64,000 nt of DNA from a virus: IMG/VR virus record IMGVR_UViG_3300021085_002380; one strand, written 5' to 3'. Shown one piece after another: positions 1-8,331 of the stretch. Made by a program: the position numbers and the translations under genes. The first letter of the stretch is position 1; each line of letters starts with the position of its first letter. Under the pieces are notes generated by a model. The model had not been told where the DNA came from, made no database searches, and saw only the letters and a program-made list of their open reading frames with translations.

Positions 1-314
1 ACGACATAAAACATATTGACTACTTAAAGATTGATATTGAAGGCGGAGAATACAGTATCTTTACTGAAAAGAATTGGGACTTCCTATCTAATAATGTTCA
101 GCATATTGCAGTCGAATGGCATCTTGATGTATTTGAAGATGCTCCTAAACAATTCATGTGGATCAGAGACAATTTACTTTCTAAATATAATGGTAAGATT
201 AGATATATTGATCCTAAGCATAAGCAAAAGGCGTATGACGATGAATGGTTGACTGGCGAATGGCCAATTGGGTGGGGTTCAGGTTTTATGATGTATCTCA
301 CAAATAATGGTTGA
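1..314 (+). CDS. FkbM-family methyltransferase, 5'-truncated
   Basis: Frame 3 reads ...HIDYLKIDIEGGEY...IAVEWH... to TGA 312-314; D-x-L-K-I-D-I-E-G-x-E is the FkbM motif. Not in the ORF track. Confidence 0.75.
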   Translation, partial: DIKHIDYLKIDIEGGEYSIFTEKNWDFLSNNVQHIAVEWHLDVFEDAPKQFMWIRDNLLSKYNGKIRYIDPKHKQKAYDDEWLTGEWPIGWGSGFMMYLTNNG

Positions 315-339
315 CAAATTGAACATTAAGTGGTATTAT
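311..339 (+). promoter_or_regulatory. sigma70-type early promoter for DNA polymerase
   Basis: TTGACA-17-TATTAT. Confidence 0.75.
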
Positions 340-368
340 GTTAATCAGAGATAACCTAAAGGATAAAC

Positions 369-2906
369 ATGTCTAACTTTTATACATCGGTTGAAAGATT
401 TGGTAATACAATCTTGTGGCGAGGATACGACAACGGCCGTAGATTTGAACGCAAAGTCAAGTACGAGCCAACTCTGTTTTTGACAACGCAGAAACAAGAA
501 TCGCAATACCAATCTTTATTTACCAAAAAACCAATTGCCGCTAAGAAATTTGATAGTATGAAAGATGCTAAAGAATTTACCGAGCAATATAAAGGTGTTC
601 ATGGTATTGAAATATGTGGTAACACAAATTACGTATCGCAATTCATCCAAGAAAAATATCCTAATGAAATCAAATTTGATCCATCGTTGATTAACATTGT
701 GTCTTTTGACATCGAGGTTGATGTTTCGGACGGCTATCCTGATATGGATTTTGCTGATAAAGAAATTACATCAATTGCAATCAAGTCTTCCAAATCTGAT
801 ACTTACCATTTGCTTGGGCGTAAAGATTATGATAAGACAAAGACTCTGACCGATATTCCTCAAGATGATATTCAATTTATGAAGTTTGATACCGAAGAGG
901 CATTGCTTCGCAGGTTCTTGCAGATTTGGGTAAACGACTATCCTGATATTGTTACAGGTTGGAACGTTGAATTCTTTGACATTCAATATATTATAACGCG
1001 TATGAAAAACCTGTTAGGTGAAGAACGTATTAAAGAACTGTCTCCTTGGCGTTCTGTTCGTCCATATTCCCGTGAGTTCTTCGGTAAAGATCAGGGTTCA
1101 TACCGCATCGGTGGCATCGCCGTGATTGACTATATGGACGCGTTTAAAAAGTTTGGCTATAAGTATGGTCCTCAGGAGTCGTGGAAACTTGACCACATTG
1201 CTCACGTTATTCTTGGCGAAAAGAAGATGGACTATTCTGAGTATGGCAACCTTACAAACTTATATGAACAAAATCCACAACTGTATCTTGACTATAACCT
1301 TAAAGATACATGGTTGATCCAAAGATTTGAAGATGAAACAAGTTTGCTTCAGTTAGTTATGACTGTTGCATACGGTGGTGGAGTCAACTACGGCGATGCT
1401 TTCGGTACTGTGGGTATATGGGAAACAACCTTATACCGTAAACTGATTAAAGAAAATCGTATCCCTCCAATCAAAGGTGGCCCAGGACAAAGGGCTGGCG
1501 AATTGGTTGGCGGATATGTTAAAGATCCTAAAGTTGGTATGCATCCTTGGATTGTATCGTTTGACTTGAACTCTCTGTATCCTCACTTGATGTTACAATA
1601 TAATATGTCGCCCGAAACATATCTTGAAGATGAACGTGAAAACGTATCACAAGATATGGTATTGAGCGGTAAGTATCAAAGCCAAAGAACTGACATGTCG
1701 GTTGCAGCCAACGGCGCTTGTTTTACAAATAATCATCTCGGTATTATTCCTGAAATCATTGATGAATATTATGGAAATCGTAAGATCATCAAACAAGAAA
1801 TGCTAAAAGTTGAGCAAGACCTTGAAAATGCAACCGACCCAGCTCAAAAAGAGCAACTAAAACGAAAAGCAAATCAGCTACACAACGCTCAGATGGCTAT
1901 CAAAATTAGTATGAACTCGTTATATGGCGCAATGGCAAATATCTACTTTTTATATTATATTAACGATATGGCTGAAGCAATTACAACGTCAGGTCAATTA
2001 TCAATCCGATATGCTCAAAAGTCTGTTAATGATTATATGAACAAGATCCTCAAGACAGATAACCAAGACTATATTGTATATATTGACACCGACTCAATTT
2101 ATGTTGACATGGCTCCTATTGTTAAGTCTTCGTTTGGTACTGTTGATATTGACCGCAAAAGAGGCGAAGCATTCTTAGATAAAGTTTGCCAAATGAAGAT
2201 TGAGCCAGTTATTGAAGCTGGTTATGAAGATCTGGCGAAAAAGATGGGCTCGTATCGCCAAGCTATGGGTATGAAACGCGAAAAGATTACTGATAAATCT
2301 GTATTCATTGCTAAGAAGCGTTACATTATGAATACGCTAAACTCTGAAGGCGTTCATTACGAAGAGCCTAAGATTTCTGTTACAGGCCTTGAGTCTGTTC
2401 GTTCGTCAACTCCTGAAGTATGTCGTGAAAAGCTAAAGAAATCGTTTAAGGTTATTATGAACGAAGGTGAGTCGGCAATGCAGGACTTTATTGAAAAGTT
2501 CCGTCAAGAGTTCAGAAAGTTACCACCTGAAGATATTGGTCGCAACTCAGGTACTGATAATATCGGTAAGTATATTGTCAAAGGTACCTATAAGAAAGGT
2601 TGTCCAATGCATGTACGTGGATGTATTCTATATAACAATCATCTAAAACAACTCAAGTTAAACAAAAGGTATGAAGTAATTGAAGGTGGCGGAAAGATCA
2701 AGTTTGTCTACCTTAAAGTACCAAATCCGATTAAAGAAAACATTATTTCGTTTCCAGGTGTATTACCCCCTGAATTTGAGTTGACAAATTACATTGACTA
2801 TGATAAACAGTTTGAGAAGGTATTCCTAAACCCAATAGAAGCAATCCTTGAAGCTATCGGATGGTCTGCCGAAAAGATTAACACACTTGAAGATTTCTTT
2901 GCATAG
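369..2906 (+). CDS. 43: Family B DNA polymerase (T4 gp43)
   Basis: ExoI DIEV, DLNSLYP, K..MNSLYG and YIDTDS motifs; C-terminal clamp-binding peptide LEDFFA. Confidence 0.98.
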   Translation: MSNFYTSVERFGNTILWRGYDNGRRFERKVKYEPTLFLTTQKQESQYQSLFTKKPIAAKKFDSMKDAKEFTEQYKGVHGIEICGNTNYVSQFIQEKYPNEIKFDPSLINIVSFDIEVDVSDGYPDMDFADKEITSIAIKSSKSDTYHLLGRKDYDKTKTLTDIPQDDIQFMKFDTEEALLRRFLQIWVNDYPDIVTGWNVEFFDIQYIITRMKNLLGEERIKELSPWRSVRPYSREFFGKDQGSYRIGGIAVIDYMDAFKKFGYKYGPQESWKLDHIAHVILGEKKMDYSEYGNLTNLYEQNPQLYLDYNLKDTWLIQRFEDETSLLQLVMTVAYGGGVNYGDAFGTVGIWETTLYRKLIKENRIPPIKGGPGQRAGELVGGYVKDPKVGMHPWIVSFDLNSLYPHLMLQYNMSPETYLEDERENVSQDMVLSGKYQSQRTDMSVAANGACFTNNHLGIIPEIIDEYYGNRKIIKQEMLKVEQDLENATDPAQKEQLKRKANQLHNAQMAIKISMNSLYGAMANIYFLYYINDMAEAITTSGQLSIRYAQKSVNDYMNKILKTDNQDYIVYIDTDSIYVDMAPIVKSSFGTVDIDRKRGEAFLDKVCQMKIEPVIEAGYEDLAKKMGSYRQAMGMKREKITDKSVFIAKKRYIMNTLNSEGVHYEEPKISVTGLESVRSSTPEVCREKLKKSFKVIMNEGESAMQDFIEKFRQEFRKLPPEDIGRNSGTDNIGKYIVKGTYKKGCPMHVRGCILYNNHLKQLKLNKRYEVIEGGGKIKFVYLKVPNPIKENIISFPGVLPPEFELTNYIDYDKQFEKVFLNPIEAILEAIGWSAEKINTLEDFFA

Positions 2907-2914
2907 GAGAACAC

Positions 2915-3097
2915 ATGGCACCGAACCATAAATTAGCAACGCTCGAAGCATCATGGCGTTATCAGAACACTGTCGTTGAATGCCTAGAGGCTGAAAATGC
3001 ACCAGACAAATATGTTCAAAAAGCTAAGAAAGAAAGACTACGTATTAAAGATAAGATCGCAATTTTAAAAAGTGAAGGACTAAAAGATAATGACTGA
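2915..3097 (+). CDS. DUF465/YdcH-like small protein
   Basis: KKERLRIKDKI coiled-coil signature; GGAG RBS. Confidence 0.55.
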   Translation: MAPNHKLATLEASWRYQNTVVECLEAENAPDKYVQKAKKERLRIKDKIAILKSEGLKDND

Positions 3098-3500
3098 TAT
3101 GGCAAACGATATGAATACAATGCATGATAAATTTGGAGTACATGATTGGTTTCAAAAGAATCGTGGTGACAAAGATCTGATGAGCAAATATCTGATGTTT
3201 CGGATGCTTATGATTGGCGAAGAATACCAAGAAACATTATCGGCTATTAATAATTCAGACGCCGAAGAAGTTGTCGATGGCTTGATTGATATGTGTGTAT
3301 TCGCATTAGGTACACTTGATGTATTTGGAGTTGATGCTAATAAAGCATGGAATGCTATTTACGAAGCTAATATGGCAAAGGAACCTGGTGTAAAACCTGG
3401 ACGTCCTAATCGTTTTGGTTTGCCTGATTTGTTAAAACCATCAGGTTGGACACCACCTTCACACGAAGGTAATCACGGTGATTTAAATAAAGCTTTGTAA
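3090..3500 (+). CDS. All-alpha NTP pyrophosphohydrolase (MazG-like/PRA-PH)
   Basis: EEYQE...EEVVDGLID...ANMAK motifs. Confidence 0.8.
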   Translation: MTDMANDMNTMHDKFGVHDWFQKNRGDKDLMSKYLMFRMLMIGEEYQETLSAINNSDAEEVVDGLIDMCVFALGTLDVFGVDANKAWNAIYEANMAKEPGVKPGRPNRFGLPDLLKPSGWTPPSHEGNHGDLNKAL

Positions 3501-3521
3501 AATAAATTACAAAAATATTAA

Positions 3522-3537
3522 ATGTTACCGTTAACAT
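3522..3537. promoter_or_regulatory. LacI-family (GntR-box-like) palindromic operator
   Basis: ATGTTA-CCGT-TAACAT. Confidence 0.5.
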
Positions 3538-3600
3538 AGCACATGGTGGGTACCACTAAAACATAAATAATATTACGTTGTTTATAGAGGAGGTCCCACC

Positions 3601-3849
3601 ATGTGCAGTCCATTTGTACGTAAAGAAGCCAACCGTTTGAATTGGATTATCAAAGGTAAACTAATTGATAAATCCTGGTCCGACGAAGAAGTCGAAAAAA
3701 CCTATGACTCGTATTTCAAAAGAGTATGGGGCAATAACGAAATTTACCAACACGAATTAGGTTTTCAACAAGCATGGAAGCAAAGAGAAGCTGAAATGTT
3801 TAACGAAGAAATCAAAAAAGTTGCAGTACTCGGTGGGCATTATGACTAG
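3601..3849 (+). CDS. Hypothetical protein
   Basis: Strong RBS GAGGAGG; 82 aa. Confidence 0.7.
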   Translation: MCSPFVRKEANRLNWIIKGKLIDKSWSDEEVEKTYDSYFKRVWGNNEIYQHELGFQQAWKQREAEMFNEEIKKVAVLGGHYD

Positions 3850-3853
3850 TCTT

Positions 3854-3861
3854 TATAAATA
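3854..3861 (+). promoter_or_regulatory. T4-type late promoter
   Basis: TATAAATA in intergenic position. Confidence 0.7.
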
Positions 3862-3890
3862 GACTAAACAGATTAGCATGAGGCATTATT

Positions 3891-4361
3891 ATGAGCAATA
3901 TTCCGACTCAGAAAAAACTTTGGTATATCCAATATCCAGTTAAAGTTGATGGAGTAACTGACGAGCAAGTACAAGAGTGGAAACAGCACTGTTCTCTTTA
4001 TGCAGCAATAGATACAGAAACAACCGATGAAAACGGATATCCAATATATGAGTTTCAATCTTATGTAGTTCCTACTTTACTTGTATGTATTAATCGTATG
4101 CTGCAACCTGAAGGTTTAACGTACACTAAAGACGACTTGTCTTTTAGGATGGTGGATTTGGAAGGATCTAATCCTGTTATTATCGTACCTGCTAATCTGC
4201 ACGGCGGAGTTACAATGGATCCTGACACTCAAACCGTAACTATAAACTGCACTGGGCAAGTAATTCCTTATGGAACTGATGCTAGAATGAAAACTGGAGT
4301 TCTTTGGGCAAACACGGTATTCGATGAAATGCCTGAAATAGGTAATCCTCCAATTTCTTAA
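3891..4361 (+). CDS. Hypothetical late protein
   Basis: 156-aa ORF after a late promoter; GAGG RBS. Confidence 0.65.
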   Translation: MSNIPTQKKLWYIQYPVKVDGVTDEQVQEWKQHCSLYAAIDTETTDENGYPIYEFQSYVVPTLLVCINRMLQPEGLTYTKDDLSFRMVDLEGSNPVIIVPANLHGGVTMDPDTQTVTINCTGQVIPYGTDARMKTGVLWANTVFDEMPEIGNPPIS

Positions 4362-4375
4362 ATATAAAATGAAAT

Positions 4376-4447
4376 TAACTATTGACATTTGGTTCTAAAT
4401 AGTGTAGATTGATTCTATAAGGTAAACAAAAAGGAATCAATCTTATG
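4376..4447 (+). promoter_or_regulatory. Early promoter + RBS cassette (repeat family, copy 1)
   Basis: TTAACTA-TTGACA-17-TAGATT-GATTCTATAAGGTAAACAAAAAGGAATCAATCTTATG; near-identical to 54195-54267 and 57725-57787. Confidence 0.85.
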
Positions 4448-4825
4448 AAATACGCAATCTACCAAATCCGTCTTACCGAAGCTCAAATTGATCTTATCAA
4501 TGAAACACAAAGCTTTGAGTCAGTTCCTGCTAAGAAAGCAAAAATTGATATGGACATGGATTTTGCAGGTCATAAGATCGGCGGTTTGGCATACGATGCT
4601 TTCGTAGAAAACAACTATTACACTCACGTTGCTAATATTGAAGCTGCTTCAGTAAATGAAGTATTTCATATCGGTAACATGGGACCTGAAGAAAACATTG
4701 AGCGTTTGACTCAAATGCATTCTATTTCAGTTGGCGATGTTCTCGTTGACGAAGAAGGTCAATGTATTGTAGTTGCGCCAATCGGCTTTGTTGCTTTTTC
4801 GCATGACTGGCGTCTTGCAGCCTAA
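4445..4825 (+). CDS. YodL-like domain protein
   Basis: YAIYQI...Y.HV...HSISVGDVLV pattern. Confidence 0.65.
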   Translation: MKYAIYQIRLTEAQIDLINETQSFESVPAKKAKIDMDMDFAGHKIGGLAYDAFVENNYYTHVANIEAASVNEVFHIGNMGPEENIERLTQMHSISVGDVLVDEEGQCIVVAPIGFVAFSHDWRLAA

Positions 4826-4923
4826 TAGGCAAATCCCAAAGCGATTACGCTGCCTAACTATTGCTGAGTCAGACTCGGATAAACAATGGGTGTCACAAAG
4901 GAGAGAAAACTTTCGGGTTTTAG

Positions 4924-4949
4924 AGAGGGACTTAGGTCCCTCTTTTTTT
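4924..4949 (+). terminator. Intrinsic terminator
   Basis: AGAGGGAC-TTAG-GTCCCTCT followed by T run. Confidence 0.85.
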
Positions 4950-4953
4950 GTAA

Positions 4954-4997
4954 CTTTTACAGTACTGTTACAAAACTATCATATTTCTGTAATAAAT
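4954..4997 (+). promoter_or_regulatory. Pho box array (PhoB-type 11-bp direct repeats)
   Basis: CTTTTACAGTA / CTGTTACAAAA / CTATCATATTT / CTGTAATAAAT at 4954, 4965, 4976, 4987 versus consensus CTGTCAT-A/T4. Confidence 0.7.
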
Positions 4998-5076
4998 ATT
5001 TAAGACAAGGTGGTAAAGACTTTGTCTTTTTTAACGCGAGCGACGGGGTAAAGCCGTCAAGCAAAAGGAGAACTAA

Positions 5077-6042
5077 ATGGAACTACTCACAATGTGGAGT
5101 CTTATCGGATTCCTGCTTGCTGCATACGCAGTTATAGCCAATGATTCAGTACAAACTCTCGGTACATGGATGGCGTCAAACAATGAGAGATTTAACTTTA
5201 AAGTATTATGGGCTGCGGCATCCGCGGTTTTGTTATATACACTTTGGTATGGTTGGTATATGAATGGCGGTGATATATCCTATGGCCGTTTGAATAAGAT
5301 CCCATTTCAAGATGTACAATGGTATCATGCGGCAGCACCTGCTATTCTTGTGGCATTAACACGAATGGGTGTACCGGTTTCAACATCATTCTTGGTGTTA
5401 TCGGTATTTGCTAGCACCTTTGTGTTAGAAAAGATGCTAATGAAATCCATTATGGGTTATGGTGTAGCCGCTGCGTTTGCTTATGCAGTATGGTTTGCTA
5501 TTCACAAATACTTTGGACAATGGTACGACGAAACAAAACCAGTATCTGAAAGTAATAAGAAGTTTTGGCGTATTGCCCAATGGGTAGCGACAGGTGGATT
5601 ATGGTTTACTTGGTTATCTCACGATATTGCTAACATTGCGGTATTCCTACCACGCGCCATTCCTGTAGATCTAATGGTCTTTATTAGCCTTGTGTTTGTC
5701 ACCGGTCTATTCTTTATGTTTAGAGAAAAAGGTGGTAAGATCCAAAAGATTGTTTTGGAAAAGCATAACACAAGATATGTAAGATCTGCAACATTGATTG
5801 ACTTATTCTATTGGTTATGTTTGTACTTCTTCAAAGAACTAAACGATATTCCAATGAGTACAACTTGGGTCTTTGTTGGGCTTCTAGCAGGTCGTGAATT
5901 AGCAATGGCTACATACTTTGGTAAAAAGAAAACCAAATCAGTATTCCCATTGGTGGCGAAAGACTTCGGCAAGATGATGGTTGGACTCGGCGCCTCAGTT
6001 GCATTGGTGTTGTTGATCCATTACGTTATCAACCCGGTGTGA
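5077..6042 (+). CDS. PiT/Pho4-like inorganic phosphate (anion) permease
   Basis: Multi-TM protein with duplicated PiT signatures IANDSVQT / SHDIANI and PVSTS / PMSTT. Confidence 0.7.
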   Translation: MELLTMWSLIGFLLAAYAVIANDSVQTLGTWMASNNERFNFKVLWAAASAVLLYTLWYGWYMNGGDISYGRLNKIPFQDVQWYHAAAPAILVALTRMGVPVSTSFLVLSVFASTFVLEKMLMKSIMGYGVAAAFAYAVWFAIHKYFGQWYDETKPVSESNKKFWRIAQWVATGGLWFTWLSHDIANIAVFLPRAIPVDLMVFISLVFVTGLFFMFREKGGKIQKIVLEKHNTRYVRSATLIDLFYWLCLYFFKELNDIPMSTTWVFVGLLAGRELAMATYFGKKKTKSVFPLVAKDFGKMMVGLGASVALVLLIHYVINPV

Positions 6043-6080
6043 CATTTAAGTAACAATTACTAAAATATAAGGCTGGATGG

Positions 6081-6109
6081 TTGACATTTGGCCTTATATG
6101 GTTTATATA
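6081..6109 (+). promoter_or_regulatory. sigma70-type promoter for tmRNA and porin
   Basis: TTGACA-17-TATATA. Confidence 0.7.
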
Positions 6110-6115
6110 TATCTA

Positions 6116-6442
6116 GTAATCGTTGATACAATTCAACATGCGGACAGGACCTGGGGGCGGTACCCAGCGACTCCACCATAGATACACTATTAACAAAACA
6201 GCCGTGGCTGGCTCGCTAGACTACCCCGGGTTCTTAGTTCGTTAGGGGAAAAAGCTATAGTGTATCTTTGATGGGGTCGAAATAGGATCGACTGACGTAG
6301 AGAGATGAGAGTAGATTACCGTGTTGGCCTACGTTATTCAGCCAAAAACTACAAATGCAAACGATAATTTTGCACCATCTGGTTACGCACTAGCTGCATA
6401 ACACAGGGGGTTGGCCACTTACCTAGCAACAGAAAATGTGGT
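6116..6442 (+). ncRNA. ssrA: Two-piece (circularly permuted) tmRNA, alphaproteobacterial type
   Basis: Acceptor piece ends T-arm-CGACTCC-A-CCA at 6178. Coding piece starts GGGGTCG at 6273 and gives a G3:U70 pair. Tag ORF 6357-6401 = ANDNFAPSGYALAA*. Outer ends approximate. Confidence 0.95.
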
Positions 6443-6479
6443 ACTTAACATAACTATTTTTAAAAGGAAAAGAATAATA

Positions 6480-7274
6480 ATGCGCACTTTATTCATCACA
6501 ACAGCAATCACCACAGTATTCGCCAGCGGTGCATTTGCAGAAGACACAGCGGCTCAAGCAGGAGCCATGATTTCAGGAGAGTTTAGTATTAACATTGCTG
6601 AAACTGCTGCTGGCGATTGGGGTGGTACCACCGCTCTTGAACTCGGAGTAGATGCAGGCGGCTTAGCAGAAGTTGACCTAGACTTTGTTTTAGACGCAAA
6701 CGACAATGTTAAACTTGACACATACGGTGTTGGCATGTCGGTAGCAGGAATTGGCTTGTCCTTTGGTAACGACCAAGGCGTATTGCCAGGAGCAGAAGGC
6801 GAGCAAACACTTGCGGCGCCAGTAATGGGAACAGCTTTGGGTGTACAAGCAGCAGGTGCTAAAGTTGCACTTGGTTTTACCGACTTCGGAGCAGACGTTA
6901 CAGATATTAGTAACATCCAAGGCGCATACACAATTGATATGAACCGTCTACAAGTAACTGCTGGCGCTGACTATAATTTCGACACCGAAAATACAGTTCT
7001 TGCAGCAGGCGTTGGTGGTCTTGATCTAGGCGTTGCTGAAATGGGCAGTGCGTTGACATATGACTTAGATGCAGAAGATATTGGTTACGAATTAACTGCA
7101 GACACAATGGGCGTAACAGCATACCTAAACGGCGACTCAGACGAGATGCTACAAAACGTTGGTGCCGAATATGAGTATCAAGTTGGCGGTGGTGCTGAAA
7201 TTACAGTAGGTAGCTCATATAACTTCAATAGCGAAGAGTTTACACCAACTGCTGGCGTAAGCTTTAACTTCTAA
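6480..7274 (+). CDS. Outer-membrane porin-like beta-barrel protein
   Basis: Signal peptide MRTLFITTAITTVFASGAFA, alternating beta strands, C-terminal GVSFNF; start reassigned to ATG 6480. Confidence 0.8.
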   Translation: MRTLFITTAITTVFASGAFAEDTAAQAGAMISGEFSINIAETAAGDWGGTTALELGVDAGGLAEVDLDFVLDANDNVKLDTYGVGMSVAGIGLSFGNDQGVLPGAEGEQTLAAPVMGTALGVQAAGAKVALGFTDFGADVTDISNIQGAYTIDMNRLQVTAGADYNFDTENTVLAAGVGGLDLGVAEMGSALTYDLDAEDIGYELTADTMGVTAYLNGDSDEMLQNVGAEYEYQVGGGAEITVGSSYNFNSEEFTPTAGVSFNF

Positions 7275-7300
7275 AGAATACCTATAGAAAAAACTTGGTA

Positions 7301-7325
7301 GAGGGGCGGCGAAAGCTGCCCCTTT
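7301..7325 (+). terminator. Terminator-like hairpin
   Basis: AGGGGCGGC-GAAA-GCTGCCCCT plus short T run. Confidence 0.7.
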
Positions 7326-7341
7326 GGTCATTGAAAGAATG

Positions 7342-7349
7342 TATAAATA
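7342..7349 (+). promoter_or_regulatory. Late promoter upstream of heme oxygenase
   Basis: TATAAATA. Confidence 0.7.
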
Positions 7350-7384
7350 GATCTGATACACACCCTATACAAAAAGGTTTTATA

Positions 7385-7927
7385 ATGACCAATCGTTTGA
7401 AACAGTTGACATGGGATCACCATCAGTCGGCAGAACGTCGAGCTTTTGCTAGAAAACTATTACGCGGCGAACTTACCCCACACGAGTATTACATATTTCT
7501 TTGGTGCCAATGGCATAATTATACCCCTCTTGAAAACGCAGTTATCATTCCTCCGAATTTGTCTGCAATTTATAGAGCTGACCGTATTATGGCTGACATC
7601 CAAGAATTAGAAAAAGAACACGGCTTTGGTATGCCGTCTGCGTTACCACCTTCCGTTAAAGAGTATCAAGCTCATATTGGCGGTTTAGCAGAATCTGACG
7701 ATAACCAAGGTTTGCTTGCCCATATGTATACAAGGCACTTTGGCGAATTGCACGGTGGTCAAATCATTAAAAGAAAAGCACCTGGCTCTGGAACAATGTA
7801 CGAGTTTGAAGGTGATACAAAGATCCTTATTGAGGAGTTTAGAAAACTCTTAAATGACGATATGGCCCCAGAGGCTAAAAAATGTTTTGAATTTGCATCA
7901 AAACTTTTTGACGAATTGTCTACATAA
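7385..7927 (+). CDS. hemO: Heme oxygenase (biliverdin-producing)
   Basis: LKQLTWDHHQSAE (proximal His) and AHMYTRHFGELHGGQII distal helix; start at ATG 7385. Confidence 0.92.
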   Translation: MTNRLKQLTWDHHQSAERRAFARKLLRGELTPHEYYIFLWCQWHNYTPLENAVIIPPNLSAIYRADRIMADIQELEKEHGFGMPSALPPSVKEYQAHIGGLAESDDNQGLLAHMYTRHFGELHGGQIIKRKAPGSGTMYEFEGDTKILIEEFRKLLNDDMAPEAKKCFEFASKLFDELST

Positions 7928-7930
7928 TTG

Positions 7931-7959
7931 TTGACATTCTTATATTATTAAGTTATAAT
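7931..7959 (+). promoter_or_regulatory. Consensus sigma70 early promoter
   Basis: TTGACA-17-TATAAT. Confidence 0.85.
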
Positions 7960-7997
7960 ATAAACATACGCTATATAAAAACAGGAGGAGACTTGCA

Positions 7998-8177
7998 ATG
8001 CAAGAGCAAATTACTTACGCAACCGAAGAACCTGAGTTTCAAAAGGATATGAGTAGAGTAAACCGAATGTCAAGGTCAGACGCTGCAAGGCGAAGACGAC
8101 GAAGCGCAAAAGAGACCCGTGAGACGAGATTAGCAAATAAATTCGCAAAAGCTCGTCGGGCCAGAAAAAGAAGTTAA
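7998..8177 (+). CDS. Small Arg/Lys-rich protein (59 aa)
   Basis: RBS AGGAGG; MQEQITYATEE...ARRRRRSAK...KARRARKRS; below the ORF-track cutoff. Confidence 0.7.
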   Translation: MQEQITYATEEPEFQKDMSRVNRMSRSDAARRRRRSAKETRETRLANKFAKARRARKRS

Positions 8178-8178
8178 A

Positions 8179-8331
8179 ATGAAAACAATGGAAGTAAAAG
8201 AGGATCCCCAAACCGGGGACCTCTACCTAGACATACCTAAGGAAATGTTAGAAGAGCTCGATTGGAAAGAAGGCGATACGCTTGAATGGTCTGGTAACCA
8301 TGAAACTTGGTATGTTAGGAAGAAAGACTAA
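8179..8331 (+). CDS. AbrB/MazE-type DNA-binding protein (50 aa)
   Basis: GDLYLDIPKEMLEELDWKEGDTLEW. Confidence 0.75.
   Translation: MKTMEVKEDPQTGDLYLDIPKEMLEELDWKEGDTLEWSGNHETWYVRKKD

Noticed and set aside
31-252. 73-aa + strand ORF
   Set aside because: Out of frame with the truncated FkbM methyltransferase that covers this region.
3090-3500. MazG-like protein as a second ppGpp hydrolase
   Set aside because: The fold is generic and its position beside the polymerase fits dNTP pool sanitising better; substrate cannot be read from sequence.
4826-4920. Possible c-di-GMP/TPP riboswitch or hammerhead ribozyme
   Set aside because: Only fragments (GGCAAA, GCTGAG) are present and the core consensus elements are missing; kept only as an unassigned structured element.
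6039-6056. Minus-strand Pho-box-like pair TTGTTAC-TTAA-ATGTCAC
   Set aside because: No minus-strand gene to serve and only two units; could be chance in AT-rich DNA.
6123-6136. FNR-like box TTGAT-N4-TTCAA
   Set aside because: Lies inside the tmRNA transcript, where RNA pairing explains it.
6144-6178. Apparent tRNA 3' half ending in CCA
   Set aside because: It is the acceptor piece of the permuted tmRNA; no D-arm or anticodon arm. No true tRNA was seen in the window.
6411-6479. N-terminal extension of the porin ORF (similar over-long starts at 7295, 39687, 48645, 54671)
   Set aside because: They overlap tmRNA, terminators or promoters; downstream ATGs give better RBS or domain boundaries.
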